From assembly GCF_009914755.1 (NCBI RefSeq), contig NC_060928.1: a stretch of 64,000 nt of DNA. The stretch is one strand, 5' to 3'. The notes beneath the pieces are model-generated. The model saw only the letters and a program-made list of their open reading frames with translations. It had not been told where the DNA came from and did no database searches. The DNA comes from the human T2T-CHM13v2.0 reference genome, Homo sapiens. Position numbers and translations under genes: made by a program. Positions 32,500-46,440 of the stretch are shown piece after piece; positions within the stretch are counted from its first letter, which is position 1, and each line of letters starts with the position of its first letter.

Positions 32500-34360
32500 T
32501 TCTTTTCTTAAACCATGACTATTCATTCTCATTCTCCAATCTGAACCATTTTCCCAGCTCACACTTCAATTGTTGCTGCTCTTAGGGTTCTTTGCATCCT
32601 TGGAATTCTTCTCTTCTCTGGTTTACCTTAGTCATTTTATTCATGTTAACAACTTTTAACTACTACAACACCAAAATCTGTATCTCCAGCTTCTTCTTCT
32701 CCAGAATAGTATTCCCCGCTCTCTATTAGATGCTTCAACTATCTTATTCCAAATAGGTCATTTTTTTTTCTGTAATAACACTGCATAACTCACATAACTT
32801 ACAAGGACAAATATCTACTTCTTGTTTATGTGATCTGAGGGTCAGCTGTGGCAGCTCTTCTCCAGATTATTTTGAGATATAATAACTATGGGGATGATGG
32901 AAGAAGTAGTTCCTGGGTTATGATGATGTCCTTATGTTAGAGAGTAAGAGCACTTATGGGGAGTGGTTTCCATTAACACCTCTGCTTGAAACTGGAACAC
33001 CAAAGTTCCTGCCCTCATTTCACTGGTCCAAGAAAAACCACATGGTCAAGCCCCAAATCAATGGAGCAAAGAAGTATACTCTATCCACATTAACACACGG
33101 CAAAAAATAGGAAAGAATAAAAAATTATAAACAAATTAAACAATCTTCCAAACAGTTACACCTAACAGCAGTAGGTTCATATTGATACTTATCTTTCCAA
33201 AATACCTTATATCACCCAGTGATTCCTGTTACTACTTTATCATATTCCCAGTTGCCCAAGATGAAAAGTGAGAAGTAATCCTCTGTTCTTCTGTTCACTC
33301 CACGTTAAATCAGTCAACATTCCCTCCATACTTCTATCTCCTTAACATCTAATGTCAATGACCATTTCTTTCTGTCTTCGCAACCACTGTAGTATTTCAG
33401 GATCTTGTCATCCCTCACAAAACTATAATAATAATATGTTGTATTTAAAGGAATCTGCTATATGAGATTGACCTCAAAATCTCAGTGGCTTGACACAACA
33501 GAAATTTACTTTTCACCCACAAAATGTCCAAATAGTTTTTGTAATGTCACAGGTGGTTCTCCTTCAAATAATGACTGAACAACCCAGGCAACATCCATCT
33601 AGCGGTTCTATCATATCACATATTGCTTCCTACAAGTAAAGAACGTGCAGAATTACATGTTGATGGGTTTTGTGCAGCAGGCCTGGACATAACACATTTC
33701 ACTTCTATCTACTTCCCTTTGGCTGGAACTCATTTATATGGTTTTATCCACCTTAAAAAGAGGCTAGAATATAATCTAGTGTGTGTTTGAGAGAAAGAGA
33801 AAATGGGTTTGGTGAACATCTAACAGTCTCTGTTTCAATGTTTTAGCTGATCTTTTTGCTAGCAGGAATGGCCACCGACATCAGAATAATCTATCTAAGG
33901 CACAAATTCAATCTATTGCCTTGCATAAAACCTTTCCATTACTTTGCAATGATTGAAAATAAAACCAAAGTTTTTCACAAGATGGACAAATGATTTCATG
34001 TGAAGACAACCTATTCTTCAGTCACACTGTGTTACTTTCAGTTCCATGAAAATAACACAGTCTCTCGCCTGTTCTGTTGCCATAGCCAGCCCTGTACTAT
34101 TGTTCCTTCATTGACTGCTTACTTATCTTTAAAGCTTAATTCAAGCAGCCGCTTGTCTATGAATTTCTTCATTTCTGTTTTAGCAGTCATTTAGAAGTGC
34201 CCAGTCTTCCTTTTATTCCATTTATTGTGCACATTCATTTTGCCATGTCAACTACAACACTCTACATACTTACAACCTCTCCTTTCCTAGTACTATTTTA
34301 TTAACTAGAAATAAGTACAGGGTAGGCATTAATACATAAGATTATTATTTATCAATCCAG
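32500..34360 (+). mobile_element. LINE-2 remnant with two nested old MLT1-type LTR remnants (~32755-33150, ~33437-33835)
   Basis: L2 motifs ccaaaatctgtatctccagc, ccagttgcccaag, aaaacctttccatt. MLT1 motifs cactggtccaag...cacatggtcaagccc and aaaatctcagtggcttgacacaacagaaattta. Confidence 0.6.
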
Positions 34361-34611
34361 CAATAAGGAATACAACCAAGCTGATACTATAATATTGTAG
34401 TGACAAAATTCAGCTAATCTTCTAGATGGAACCAACTGACAGAAACCTTGAGAAGACCACATGTAATCCACAATTTTACCAGGCTATTCAGAAAGGGATA
34501 GGCTACTTGACTTTCTAGATTCTTACTCCTTATTCATGAAAGTTTGGAAAGGGTGGTACAATAATTCTAGTCATTTCACATAAATTGAACTCTTTCATCA
34601 GTGAAAATCAT

Positions 34612-35383
34612 TGACATGTGTTGATCCTAATCCCCAGTGTGACGGTATCAGTTGGTAAGACCTTTTGGCAGTGATAAGTTTGAGATCAGTGTAAGAGTTA
34701 AAGAAAGAGGAAAGAAAAACGAAACGCGGCTTAACAGTCAAATACTTTTAGAGACAAAACCCAAGAGGGGCTTCTGATTGATTTCAGTCAGGAGGGCTTT
34801 CTTTTACAGACTAAGAGTACATATTGGTTTTAGGGTGAGGGAGCTTATTACAAGCTTGGAATGTTTCTGTGTGGGGGAGAAGTTTTATGGCGGGGTTGGA
34901 ATGTCTCTGGGCAGAGTGGAGGTTATCTTGGGGATGACATCTTTCTGGCCAGATGGGGGTTATCTCAGGGCTAGCATGTCTCTGGTCCAGGAGGAGTTTG
35001 GAGTGTTTATGGTTGGAGCTGTTACATGTGGTTTATGGTCATACTGACCTTAGCCATTAGGCTGATGCCCTTTGGATTTAGGCGGTATTTGATTAAGGTG
35101 ATTTTTAAAATGACAGTGCTTGTCCAAGATGGTGATACTCCTGCTCTGTCAATCAGTGCCCTTATAAGAGCCTGAAAATACCAGAGTTCCCTGCTTCTGC
35201 CAAGTGAGGACACGGCAAAACAGCCGTCTATGAATCAGGAGCAGGTCCTCATCAGACATCAAATCTGTTGGTGCTTCAGTCTTAGACTTCCCAACCTCTA
35301 GAACTGTGAGAAATAAATTTCAGTTGTTTGTAAGCCACCCAGTCCATGGTATTTTTTATAGCATCCCCAAATGGACTAAGACA
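34612..35383 (+). mobile_element. MLT1A-like solo LTR split by an ERV1 LTR
   Basis: cctaatccccagtgtgacggtat (5' part); tgcccttataagag...gtgaggacacgg...agaactgtgagaaataaattt...ggactaagaca (3' part). Confidence 0.85.
34690..35151 (-). mobile_element. ERV1-class solo LTR (LTR19-like)
   Basis: 462 bp with TG...CA ends (minus strand starts TGACAGAGCAGGAGTATCACCATCTTGGACAAGC); perfect 5-bp TSD atcag (34685-34689, 35152-35156). Confidence 0.85.
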
Positions 35384-36051
35384 ATTTTCTTAAGTATTTA
35401 CTGTGCTAATTAACAACCAACTAGGGTTAATTACAGGTAGTTACATTAAAGCCTTTGGAGTGAGATCTTCTGACTAGTGTTCAAAGGCTATCAAACCACC
35501 CCTAGATTGTCTCTGATTAGGACACCTTAGATAATCCAAATGTCAACTAACTTCCCCTAAGGTAAGGCCTAAGAAGAGTTTTCTTCAAGAATGTGAACCA
35601 AAATTTTGGTTATAAGAAAATATATCAGTAAATATTTATACTGCTAAAATAACCAAGCAGTAGCAAAGATTATCTAAAAAAAATTCAGAGAGGGATTCCA
35701 GGTTTTGCTTTGCCCAGTCATGATGTGAACACATTCAGCCTAGTTAGCTATCTCACTGAAAGCATCAGTGAAACCTCACATGCTGACCTAAAAAACATAA
35801 GATCATTTTAAAACTGTTTTTAGTTCTTAATGATTCTTTCCATGTTTTGGTAAAGAGCAATAGGTTTGCAAAGTCACTTTTGCAACTTGGATTAAATGAG
35901 GAAATACACAATTATGGGTGCCTTAATATTCTTTCAATGAGGATTCCATTCTGATTTTTTGTTTCCCATAAACATAAAATGTACCAACAATAGAGACAGA
36001 ACACCACTTTTCTGATAAACCTTCTTTTCCTTATATGAAAGAATGTCTTCT

Positions 36052-36338
36052 GGCCAGGAGCAGCGGCTCAGATCTGTAATCCAAGCACTTTGGGAGGCCG
36101 AGGTAGGCAGATTGTTTGAGCACAGGAGTCCGAGACCAGCCTGGGAAACATGGTGAAATCCCATCTCTATAAAAATATGAAAATTAGCCAGGCGTGGTGG
36201 TGCATGCCTGTAGTCCTAGCAACTCAGGAGGCTAAGGTGGGAGGATCACTTGAATCCAGGGTGTTGAGGCTGCAGTAAGCCATGATCACACCAGTGCACT
36301 CCAACCTGCGCAACAGAGTGAGACCCTGTCTCAAAAAA
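36052..36338 (+). mobile_element. AluJ
   Basis: Full dimer with J diagnostics (ggaggatcacttga, gaggctgcagtaagccatgatcacacc, gagaccctgtctc); degenerate TSD aaagaatgtcttct / aaagaaattcttct. Confidence 0.93.
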
Positions 36339-36449
36339 GAGAAGAGAGGGGAGGGGAGGGGAGGGGAAAGGGTGGGAAGGGGAAACAAAGAGAAAAGAAA
36401 AGAAGAGAAAGAAAAAAAAGAAAAGAGAAAAGAAAGAAAAGAAAAGAAA
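36333..36449. repeat. Polypurine (GA-rich) tract derived from the Alu tail
   Basis: gagaagagaggggaggggagggg...gaaaagaaaagaagagaaagaaaaaaaagaaaag, almost entirely A/G. Confidence 0.9.
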
Positions 36450-37449
36450 TTCTTCTGCTTCCAGTTGTTAGGATGTGAAAACACAATAATAAGAGAAACC
36501 TGGACAAAATAAGAACCATACTTTTCTATGGAGCTAATGAAAAGCAACAAACACCAAAAAACACTTAAAGAATAACATTCTAGAAAGAAGTAAGATTTTC
36601 CAGAGATGAGTAGAGAGCCACAGCAGTTCCCATGCCTCTACGCAGCTGCCTCCTCTGAGTACAAACAGAATAGCAGAGCTATCATAGATGAAGCATCCAG
36701 GGAATGAAGGAAGCAGCCTTGCCTCAGATGACAGTGTGAGCTGCAGAAACAGACCAAATCTACAAGACCCCTAAATGCAAAATCAAATTGTTTGACCTGA
36801 CAATTTCAAACTCTAACCCTCCCTTTCAATTTTGTCATATATATGGCAATAAAAAGGGGCAGGTAGCATAATCCTCTACATTCTTATTATGATTGGATTT
36901 GACAGCCTGTCAAAGTTGAGAAAAAATTAATCACATAATATTTGACAGTGCAGCCCAACTTTCAAAATGCAGCCAAGATCAAAAGTGCAATGGTACAGAA
37001 CAGCGGGGCTTGGGCTAAACATAAAGCACTGAGAAATTCCATCTAGTCAAATGGAGGACTATCCTTCAGGACTAATGCCCAAACTATGGATTTAGCCCTT
37101 TTCCCTTCCTATCCTGTCATGGGGCCTATTGTAAAGAGTCATGCAATGAAATAACACTGAGATATTAAAGACTTGTGATCAACTAATGCGTTAAGTCTCT
37201 GAAGTGCGTTTGCCATAATATCACATCCTGGAAAAATAAACTCTAGTTATTAAACTGAAGACACTACTGCAGGACTGAAAGGGAGATTGATGTGAATGAA
37301 GGGATGGAGATAATTTCTTTAAATACCCCAGAAATCCCATTATATAGGCTCACACAGAAGTCTGAACAAGGAACAAAAGTTGGGGAACACAGGTAGTTGG
37401 TTTTCAACTTGTTATAAGAAAGAACTTTCTAGTAACATCAAAACCAAAT

Positions 37450-37620
37450 TAATGATAAGAACTATCATTTAATGCATGCTACTATGTGCCTATTACATTC
37501 TGTATATAATTTCATTAAATCTTCATAATGACCCTTTGTAAATTGCCTCACATCACCCCTGAAATCCAAAGCCAGACAGTCTGATGCTGGAAGCACTGTT
37601 TTGGTAACCATGTCATACTC
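37450..37620 (-). mobile_element. MIR remnant
   Basis: tactatgtgcc ... ataatttcattaaatcttcataatgaccct ... ccagacagtctgatgctgg. Confidence 0.55.
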
Positions 37621-38298
37621 TCTATACCTCTAATAAATACGATTAGTCAGCAGTAGGACCAGATGCTTCATGAAACTGTATTATTAAATGTCACTCAAGT
37701 TAATCAATCAGTTCTCTATACCTGCCATGTACAAAGGATATAATACATTTCAACTGATTAAATTATTTGTCCTTAAAAACAAATGGATTTAAAAGTATCT
37801 GTTAATATTTTATTCCGTAACAATCTTTATTTTGTGTAGTATTAAATTGACTTTTTTTAATTTAGTGTGATTGTTCCCATTTTTAAAAATAATTTATTAG
37901 AGAAAAAAACATTCATCCTTTAAATTAACAAATACAGTATGATACTATGCAATGTATTTTTAACCATGGAAATAGATTATAAATATACTTTGAGAGAGAA
38001 AATTCAGATTGAGAATTGTGTAACCTATTTTCCTATAAAATAAAAACTGTTAAATGTTATATCTAGAAGAATACCATTAGCATGAATTTGTTGCTTTCTC
38101 AATAAATTGGTATGACCTGAATGTCAGAATATATTACGTAGCATTCACTGTACTCTATCCTGTAATTAAGAATGGAAATCAGTATGCGCTTTAATGGACC
38201 ATCTGTAAACATGAGATCAAAGAGAACCAATAAAAGTAAAACTAAGATCTCAGGAAAAGCCTCAGATTCTCAAGGCTGCCGTGAAGTGTGCGACTCAC

Positions 38299-38353
38299 TA
38301 TTCCATCGAGGATCCTTAGCCTTTGGCTTTTCGTGAAGAGCACCAAGGAAATG
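38299..38353 (-). other. Candidate 55-nt exon (unverified)
   Basis: Minus strand: ctttttagatttttcag|CATTTC...GGAATA|gtgagt; several retained CpGs nearby. Confidence 0.25.
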
Positions 38354-40109
38354 CTGAAAAATCTAAAAAGTGTTGTGGATCAAATGAAAAAGGACTTGTG
38401 GGAAATGGAGAGATAAGTGATGAGGCTGCTTCTCCATCTAAAATCTTAGCATATGATTTTCCATTTTTTTATTTTAAAAAATGTATTTGCCACTTAGATA
38501 ATCAAAAATATGTTCCTTTAAGGCAGTCTAGATTTTTGCTGAGCTATCATGAGTAACTGAGTAATTGTTAAAAGTAGACACACACTAAGTGGACAAGAAA
38601 TTTTAGACATTTTATCCATCCTCCATAACACAAATGTACAGTATAATACACTATGTTATTTAGATAAGATAATGCTTATTGGCTTCTTTCTTCCCATAAA
38701 GTTATATAAGAAAAAAAGCCCTTTTTTTTGGCTCATTAGGAGCACTCTCCAAGTAAATCAAAGAATTCAGTTCTGAGAGCCATTCTTCTGCCATGCTCTC
38801 ACTGATTGCTGGCAGTGCTAGGTCATGTCAAGATTCAGGAATAAGCTCACAATGCCTGTTTCTGGGGCAGCCACAGAATTTAACCTGCCAGGTTATAGGC
38901 AGGATTCCCCGAATTCAAAGCCTTAAAATGGAAGGATGACCAGGATTTAAAGATCGTGTTTGTGGGTGTAAAAGCTAAAGAAAATATTCTTTACCAACTC
39001 TATCCCTTTTTTATCTTTTTTATATTAAAAGATATAATTTATACCCCATAAGTGCAAAAAATTATAGCATTTAATCCTGATATTTATTTACGGGTTAATA
39101 GTATATATTATATACTACCTATAGTAAGATACACATTATAAATGTTAAATGTACATTTTAGAAGACTGTAATAAAGATGAATAATAAATACCCTTTAATT
39201 TTAATTGTTAATGCTATAATGCATTTCCTTTCACTAACATTCATTATGTTACTACTATGTTTAATGACAGTAATGTGATTAAATATACTTCCTTATATTT
39301 TAAATATGTATTTAATATTTTGTGATGCAGAGATACACAAGTCAGTTTCTAAGGTTAGCTTACATAAATATTGGGTTGAAATGACTGAAAATGTATTTCA
39401 AAAGATTCACATCCAGAAGGAGGCGGAGCATGGCCAAATGAAACCCTCCTGTGATCCTCCCCCTACAGGAACACCAAATTGATCAACTATCTGTGCAACA
39501 AAGCACCCTTATAAGAACCAAAATACAGGTGAGCAATGACAGCACCTGGTTTTAAGGGCATATTAAGGAAAGAGGCACCACAGAAGGTGAGAAAGACAGT
39601 CTTACATTGCCTACACCACCCTTCTCCCATCTCCTGGAAGCACAGCACAGACAGAACATATGTGTACTTGGGGGATGGTGAGTAATTGTGGGACTCTGCA
39701 TTGGAACTGACTGCTACCTTGTCACAGTGGAGAGCAACACAAGGCAGAATTCTACTGATGCCCACAGAGGAAGCATTTAGACCATTTCTGGGCCAGAGAG
39801 GAATCCTCCACCCCAGCAGTAGGAACCAGATTTCCAGTTAGCTCCACCAATTGACTAAAGTGACCTAGGGCCTAGAATAAATTTGAAAGGCAGTCGAGCC
39901 ACAAGAAAACTGGGGGCAAGTCCTGGTGCTGCAGTGGGACCACAGCCAGTGGACTTGGAGCGAACGTGACCCAGTGAGATGTCAGCTCTAGTGGCCATGG
40001 GAGTGCTTGTGTCACCCATCCTCCAACCGTAGGCAGCCCAGCACAGAGAAAGCGACCCCTTCTGTTTGGGGGAAAGTGAGGGAAGAGAATGAGAAACTTT
40101 GCCTAGTAA

Positions 40110-40567
<458 letters not shown>

Positions 40568-42050
40568 CACAATACTCAATTATTTGAATACCTAGAAATC
40601 CTTCTCAAGAAGGACAGGCACAAACAAGTCCAGACTGTTAATATTAGAATACCTGACTCTTTAATGTCCAGAAATTGATGAATATCTACAAGTATCAAGA
40701 ACATCCAGGAAAATATGACTTCACCAAATGAACTAAATAAAGAATCAGCCACCAGTCCTGGAGTGGCAGAGATGTGTGACCTTTCCGGCAGAGAATTCAA
40801 CATGGCTGTTTTGAGGAAGTTCAATGAACTTCAAGATAACACACAGAGAGGGAAATCAGAATACTACCAAAGAAATTTGACAAAGAGGTTGAAATATTGT
40901 AATAAAAATCAAGCAGAAATTCTAAGGCTGAAAAATTCAATTGACAAACTGAAAAATGCAACAGAGTCTCTCGACAGCAGAGTTGATAAAGCAGAAGAAA
41001 GAATAAGTGAGCTTGAAGACAGGCTATTTGAAAATATACAGGCAGAGAAAAAAAGTAAAAAGAATAAGAAAGAATAAAGCACACCTATAAAATTTAGAAA
41101 ATGGCTTCAAAGGGGTGAATATAAGAGTTATTGGCCTTAAAGAGGAGGTAGAGAGAGAGAGATTGGGACAGAAAGTTTCTTCAAAGAAATAAAAGAAATC
41201 TTCCAAACCTAGAGAATGATATCAGCATTCAGGTACAAAAAGGTCATAGAACACCAAAGTCTTATTTAACTCAAATAATTTAATAACCAACCTCCCAAAA
41301 ATCAAGGATACAGCAGGGATTCTAAAAGTGGTAAAAGAAAAAAAAATAATAACACACAAAGGAGCTCTGATATGTCTGGCAACAGGCTTCTCAGTGGAAA
41401 CTTTATAGGCCGTGAAGGACTGGGATGACATATTCAAAGTGCTGAAGGAAAAATAACTTTAATTCTAGAATATTATATCCAGCAAAAAATATCCTTCAAA
41501 CCTAAAAGAGAAATAAAGACTTTCCCAGGCAAACAAAAGCTGAGAGATTTCATCAACACCAGAACTGTCCTACAAGAAATGCTGAAGGAAGTTCTTCAAT
41601 CTGAAAGAAAAGGATGTTAACAAACACTAAGAAATCATTTGAATGTATAAAACTCATTAATAATGGTAAGTACACAGAATACTCTAACACTGTAATTGCA
41701 GTGTGTAAACCACTGATATGTCGAGTAGAAAGACTAAAAGATAAACATAAAAAATAACAACAACTTTTCAAAAGGTAGTATAAAAAGATATAAATAGAGA
41801 CAACAATAAGTCAATGGCAGGAAGGGAATGGAGTTAAAATATAGAGTTCTTTAGTTTTCTCTTTCCTTGTTTGTTCATTGTGTTTTTTTTCTTGTAACCA
41901 GAGTTAAGTTGTCATTCATTTAAAATAATTGGTTATAAAATATTATTTGCAAGCCTCATGGTAACATCAAATCAAGAAACCTACAATAGATACACAAAAA
42001 ATAAAAATCAAGAAACTAAAACATGCTACTAGAGAAAATCACCTTTACGT

Positions 42051-42194
42051 AAAGGAAGGAAGGAGGGAAGGAAGGAAGGAAAGAAGGAAGGAAGGAAGGA
42101 AGGAAGGAAGGAAGGAAGGAAGGAAAGGGAAGGGAAAGGAAGGAGGGAGGGAGAGAGGGAGGGAGGGAGGGAGGGAGAGGCAGGGGAAGAAGGG
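42051..42194. repeat. (GGAA)n/(GGGA)n microsatellite
   Basis: Ten consecutive GGAA at 42086-42125, with more GGAA units upstream and GGGA units downstream. Confidence 0.97.
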
Positions 42195-43529
42195 CCATAA
42201 AATAACAAGAAAACAACAAAATGGCAGAAGTAGGCCCTTAAATGTCAGTAATACCACTAAATATAAATGGACTAAACTTTACAATCAAAAGACTGACTGA
42301 ATGGATAAATAACAAGACCCAACTATATGTCACCAACAAGAATCTCACTTTACTTATAAAGACATTCACAGACTGAAAATAAAGGGGTGACAAAAAGTAT
42401 TCCATGAAAATGGAAACCAAAAAAGAGCAGATGTAGTTATATTAGAAAAAATAGACTTCAAGACAAAAACTGTAAAAAGAGACAAAAATGTCATTATATA
42501 ATGATAAAGTGGTCAATTCAGCTAGAGGAAATCACAATTGTAAATATACATGTACCCAACACTGGAGCACCCAAGTATATAAAGCAAATATTATTAGACC
42601 TAAAAAGAAAGATAGATGCCAATGCAATAGTAGCTGGAGATCCTGACAACCCAATGTCAGCATTGGACAGATCATCCTGATAGAAAATCAAAAAAGAAAC
42701 ATTAGACTTAATCTGCAGTACAGACCACATTGACTTAACAGACACTTAAGGAACATTGAATCCAATAGCTGTAGAATACACATTCTTCTCTTTAGCATGT
42801 GGATCATTCTCAAGGATAGACCATATGTTAAGTCATAAGACAATTCTTAAAAAACATCAAAAAATTTGAAATCATATCATGTATCTTCTGTTACCACAAT
42901 TGAGTGAAACTGGAAATCACTAACAAGAGGAACTTTGGAAACTATATAAACATATGGAAATTAAACAGTGTGCTCCTAAATGACCAGTGAGCTGATGAAG
43001 AAATGAAGATGGATATTTTAAAAAATTGTTTAAACAAATGAAAATGGAAACACAACCTACCAAAACCTGTGGGATACAGCAAAAGCAGTACTAAACGGAA
43101 AGTTTATAATAAGTGACTATATCAAAAAAGTTGAAAAACTTCAAATAAATACCCTAAGATGCATCTTAAAAAAAAATAGAAAAGCAAAAGCAAACCAAAC
43201 TCAAAATTAGTAGAAGGAAAGAAATAATAAAGATCAGAGCAGAAATAAATGAAACTGTAACAAAAAATACAAAAGATCAATGAAAGAAAAGTAGGTTTAT
43301 GGCTTGGGAGGGTCAAACCCCCAGATCTGTTTATTCACAAGATTAAAATACACAGCTGTGAGCCCTTTGAAAACTGCTTAATGCTTATTTATTAAACTCT
43401 GGAGTGTTGATTTGTGTGTCATGTTTGACTTTGAAGGCTGAAATTAAATAGATACTCCTAAGAGTGTAATGGTGAAATAAATAATTTCAATTATTGGAGT
43501 CATCAATTCCATTTCTTTAGAGAGCATAA

Positions 43530-43680
43530 GTTTCACATGTGGAGCTTGTGAAACACAAACATACACCCCTGAGCCCTATTCTCCTATTCTCGAGAGATTT
43601 TGATTTAGTGAGTCTAGGAAGGAGGATAGCAATATGCATTTTTACCACCTTAATACTCTGATAAAAATCAATGCCAAGCC
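43530..43680. mobile_element. MER5-type fragment
   Basis: agagattttgatttagtgagtctagg...aatatgcattttta. Confidence 0.45.
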
Positions 43681-45890
43681 CAGAAGTGCCCACTCTTCAA
43701 TGAACCTTTATTTACCCTCAGGACAATTCCAGAGGCAAAAGGCAGCAAAGGATATTTTTTGGGGAAATTTCTCTAGACTTGTCTTCCTTCTGTCTTTGCA
43801 AGAACTCTTTTTGTTGGTTCCCAAGCTCCAAGCCTTCACATTTGCCTTCTTCTTTTTTTTTCCTTTGTTTATATTGCCTCATTCGGATTCAGAATGCTTT
43901 TTGGAATGTTGATTTTGGTTTTGACCTAGCAATCTATAAGATGCTCTTTCTAAAATATCTCCAAGCACACGTACTACAAAAGAGCCCCATAAAGCTAGAC
44001 TTTCTTCCCCTATTCTAACTCCATTCCAAGGAGGGAATTCAGACAAATGCTTCTCTCTAAGGCATCTGAAAATAATATGTAGACACAAGGGAAGATTTTT
44101 TTAACTGATGTAGATGTATCCTTTGGATGTTCTGCCAGAAAGTTCTTCAGCGGCTGCATACCTCCCAGGCAATAACTAGTTTTCCTGTACTCCGTCACTC
44201 TGAGTTAAACTCTTATAGACTTTTTAGTGAGCAAAAATTTCAGATTTCTTTGGACCCCACTGAAGACTGAGAAAAGCAAAACTGTCAATGCGGTGGTGTA
44301 TTTTTAAATTTTCCTCAATCATTCACTTATTAAGTTTCAGTTCACAAATATGTATTTAGTACTAAGTGTCAAGTGTAAATAATTAACATGACACAGAGGG
44401 GAAAAGTGAGATAAATAATAATTATGCAACATGACAAGAACTGTATTAGACAAATAGGCAAACTGTGATGTGAGGTGACCTTTTTCTTAAATTACATATG
44501 TTTCTTTCAGGTATCATTGAGATGAAAAGAAATGGTGGTGATTATTTGTACTATTTACCTCTGTTTCTGAAGGATTTTGTGACTGTGTAATTTACTACTC
44601 ATCAACTTTATTTCTATTCTATTATTTTAGTAACACAGTAATATGCTTAATTGATCATTAATTTCTGTTCTGCCATACCTGATACAAAGTAGCATAAAGC
44701 TCTTTAGTTTTTATCATCAGAGTTGTTATTTTAGGATTTTTAGATTCCATAAATAATTCATTGTATTATTCTTCTCTTTGGTTTTGCTCTTAGAACTGCC
44801 ATAGAGTATGATCTATATATTTCTTTTTTAATTCTTCTGTAGAGCACGGAGTCATTTATGTTGCTAAGAAAAGACATTTTATTTGGAATACAGTCCCAGA
44901 TCCACTTACTTGAACTTTTAACCATAAATAGCAGCATATTGGTGACTTTCTGGACCTGAGAACTGGCACAAATAATTTGAATTTTTCTTCAAATTAAAAA
45001 AAAAAAAGAGCAAGACAACAAATTCCTTTTCCAATTTTACCTTTTGATATATACAAATAGAATCCTAGGAGCTTGTATTGAACAGGCCTTAAAAGGACAT
45101 TTATTTCATTTAGCTATGAGAGTATCAGGAAAGTAGATTCTACAAATCACAAGACCAAAGTGATTGATTGGTTGCTAAAAGCATTGCCACTTTCACTAGA
45201 AAATGCTTAAGTTCCTATTTCCTATAATCTAGTTATAAGAATATGCCTCAGATAGAATTGACATTGAAGGATATACCAATAAAAAGAAAATTTTCTGACA
45301 ATTTGATTTATATGTGAGCTTGCACTTAGTGAACTAGGAAAGAGAGATAAGTAACTTGCATTATTTTCTGAAAATCAGTCACTAGATTTCACTGTTGTCT
45401 AAAAGGAATGAAAAGAGCAAACTAACCAACACAAATTCTGTTTTCAGTGTAAAGTAGATGATAGAAACAGTTTCTTCTAAATGTTGGTAGGAAACATCTG
45501 ATTATAGAGAGAAAGAATGAAATTGATGTGGATACAAATGAAAATTGTATTACACAGAGCCATGTTGATGTAACTATCCATTCCTAAAATCACTCCTTTT
45601 CACTTGTAGATTGCCATGTCAAGGCAAAGAATGAGTGCTTAGTGAAAAATCTATTAAAGTACAAAATCAAGACAAAATTATAGTATTACAAGTATAGATC
45701 TTTGATTGCTCAGAATTATAAATATCACCAAAAGCTGTGGTTAAATTAAATCAGGCATTACCAAGCATTTAGGTCAATCACTTCATTTTATAGGGAAAAG
45801 ACAAGTGAAAGCTTTGAGTTATTGACTGTAGGGAAGATGTATTACAATAAGAAATATTTTCACATATTCTGCCAACTGTTGGTTGCTTGC

Positions 45891-46440
45891 TGTGATGGTT
45901 AATATTGAGTGTCAACTTGATTGGATGGAAGGATGCAAAGTATTGTTCCTGGGTGTGTCTGTGAGGGTGTTGCCAAAGGAGATTAACATTTGAGTCAGTG
46001 GGCTGGGAAAGGCAGACCCACCCTCAATGTGTGTGGGCACCATCTAATCAGCTGCCAGGGCAGCTAGGATAAAAGCAGGCAGAGGAATGTGGAAGGATTA
46101 GACTGGCTGAATCTTCTGGCTTCCATCTTTCTCCCGTGCTGGATGTTTCCTGCCCTCGAACATCAGACTCCAAGTTCTTCAACTTTTGGACTCTTAGACC
46201 TACACCAGTGGTTTGCCAGGGTCTCTCAGGCGTTCAGCCACAGACTGAAGGCTGCACTGTTGGTTTCCCTACTTTTGAGATCTGGGGACTCGGACTGGCT
46301 TCCTTGCTCCTCAGCTTGCAGAGGGCCTATTGTGGGACTTCACCTTGTGATCATGTGAGTCAATTCTCCTTAATAAACTCCCTTTCATATATACATCTAT
46401 CCTACTAGTCCTGTCCCTCTAGAGAACCCTGACTAATACA
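45891..46440 (+). mobile_element. MLT2A2-like (HERV-L) solo LTR
   Basis: 550 bp, tgtgatggttaatattgagtgtcaacttgattgga...cacagactgaaggctgcactgttgg...ctagagaaccctgactaataca. It has ~100 bp more than the copy at 25132. Confidence 0.94.

Noticed and set aside
42016-42257. Low-complexity PSFL-repeat ORFs
   Set aside because: Translation of the GGAA microsatellite.
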